From contig CAZKTO010000003.1 in NCBI GenBank assembly GCA_964555685.1, forward strand, positions 556 to 64,555: 64,000 nucleotides of DNA, in the 5' to 3' direction. Under the pieces are notes generated by a model, which had not been told where the DNA came from, made no database searches, and saw nothing but the letters and a program-made list of their open reading frames with translations. The DNA is from an uncultured Dehalococcoidia bacterium (GTDB lineage: Bacteria > Chloroflexota > Dehalococcoidia > SHYB01). The position numbers and the translations under genes are program-made. Each line of letters begins with the position of its first letter. Position 1 is the stretch's first letter. Shown here piece after piece: positions 63,728 through 64,000 of this stretch.

Positions 63728-64000
63728 CTACCTTTGTCCGGCGGTCACCGGCTCGCAGCGATAGAGCCGCGCCGAGTTGTCCCAGAGGATCTTGCGCTTG
63801 ACCTCGGCGCTCAAGCCGGGCTGATCAAGGAAGCTGGAGACGGCGTTCGGGAACTTGGCGTCCGGGTGCGGGTAGTCGGTGGAGAAGACGATGCGGTCGT
63901 CGCCCAGCCAGTCGACGACGTACTTGACCAGCTCCTCATCGGGCTCCGTGGAGATGGAGCATTGGCGCCGGAAGTAGTCGCTGGGCCTCGTCTTCAGTCC
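63728..64000 (-). CDS. amidohydrolase-2 family protein, C-terminal 90 aa (5' end beyond window)
   Basis: My own translation gives ...RPSDYFRRQCSISTEPDEELVKYVVDWLGDDRIVFSTDYPHPDAKFPNAV...KILWDNSARLY...*. It parallels the C-terminus of the 46020-47153 gene. Confidence 0.75.
   Translation of the reverse strand, partial: GLKTRPSDYFRRQCSISTEPDEELVKYVVDWLGDDRIVFSTDYPHPDAKFPNAVSSFLDQPGLSAEVKRKILWDNSARLYRCEPVTAGQR

Overview
This is a high-GC (about 70% by eye) bacterial chromosomal window, densely coded on both strands. I can support roughly 65 protein genes. I saw no rRNA, tRNA or CRISPR array. Gene content is reminiscent of Chloroflexota/Thermomicrobia-type genomes: an rny-ymdB pair, a short tsf, many family-III CoA-transferases, LLM and amidohydrolase paralogues, and dispersed REP-like hairpins. 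The taxon cannot be established from this window.

Layout:
- 0-7.2 kb: a truncated ligase-like gene, a glcD-glcE-glcF glycolate-oxidase-type operon, and purU.
- 7.4-13.6 kb: MOSC, PurO-like IMP cyclohydrolase, glycerate kinase, an OmpR/PhoR-type two-component pair, and an acyl-CoA dehydrogenase.
- 14.3-19.5 kb: rny-ymdB-PHP-fabZ-plsY.
- 19.9-23.7 kb: a TPP enzyme and hydrolases.
- 24.3-30 kb: a lipA-lpd-E1alpha-E1beta-E2 2-oxoacid dehydrogenase operon.
- 30-35.4 kb: double-length thyX, DUF488, a class-III aminotransferase, an esterase and an AKR.
- 36.4-43.3 kb and 55-62.6 kb: CoA-ester metabolism (CoA-transferases, an HpaB/AbfD-family protein, crotonase, SDRs, LLM).
- 47.2-53.8 kb: the conserved rpsB-tsf-pyrH-frr-uppS-cdsA-dxr-rseP cluster.
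- 62.6-64 kb: nadC and a truncated amidohydrolase.

Many very long ORFs in the supplied track are antisense or out-of-frame shadows typical of high-GC DNA, and I did not call them.

Most unusual items:
1. A roughly 1.27-kb, roughly 48% GC two-gene cassette sits precisely between glcD and glcE. It encodes a STAS-fused GHKL ATPase and a small STAS/DUF4325-like partner. This is my best candidate for an undescribed system.
2. A roughly 255-nt multi-helix structured element at 19.5 kb matches no housekeeping RNA I can recognise.
3. An orphan unit at 35.7-36.1 kb is bounded by promoters and a terminator and carries two tiny Lys/Pro-rich ORFs.
4. A hicBA cassette is bracketed by a perfect 30-bp direct repeat.
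5. A split/fused pair of family-III CoA-transferase loci exists whose second halves lack the Asp nucleophile.
6. A ligase-like protein lacks its catalytic lysines.

All homology calls are by eye from translated sequence. No database search was possible.
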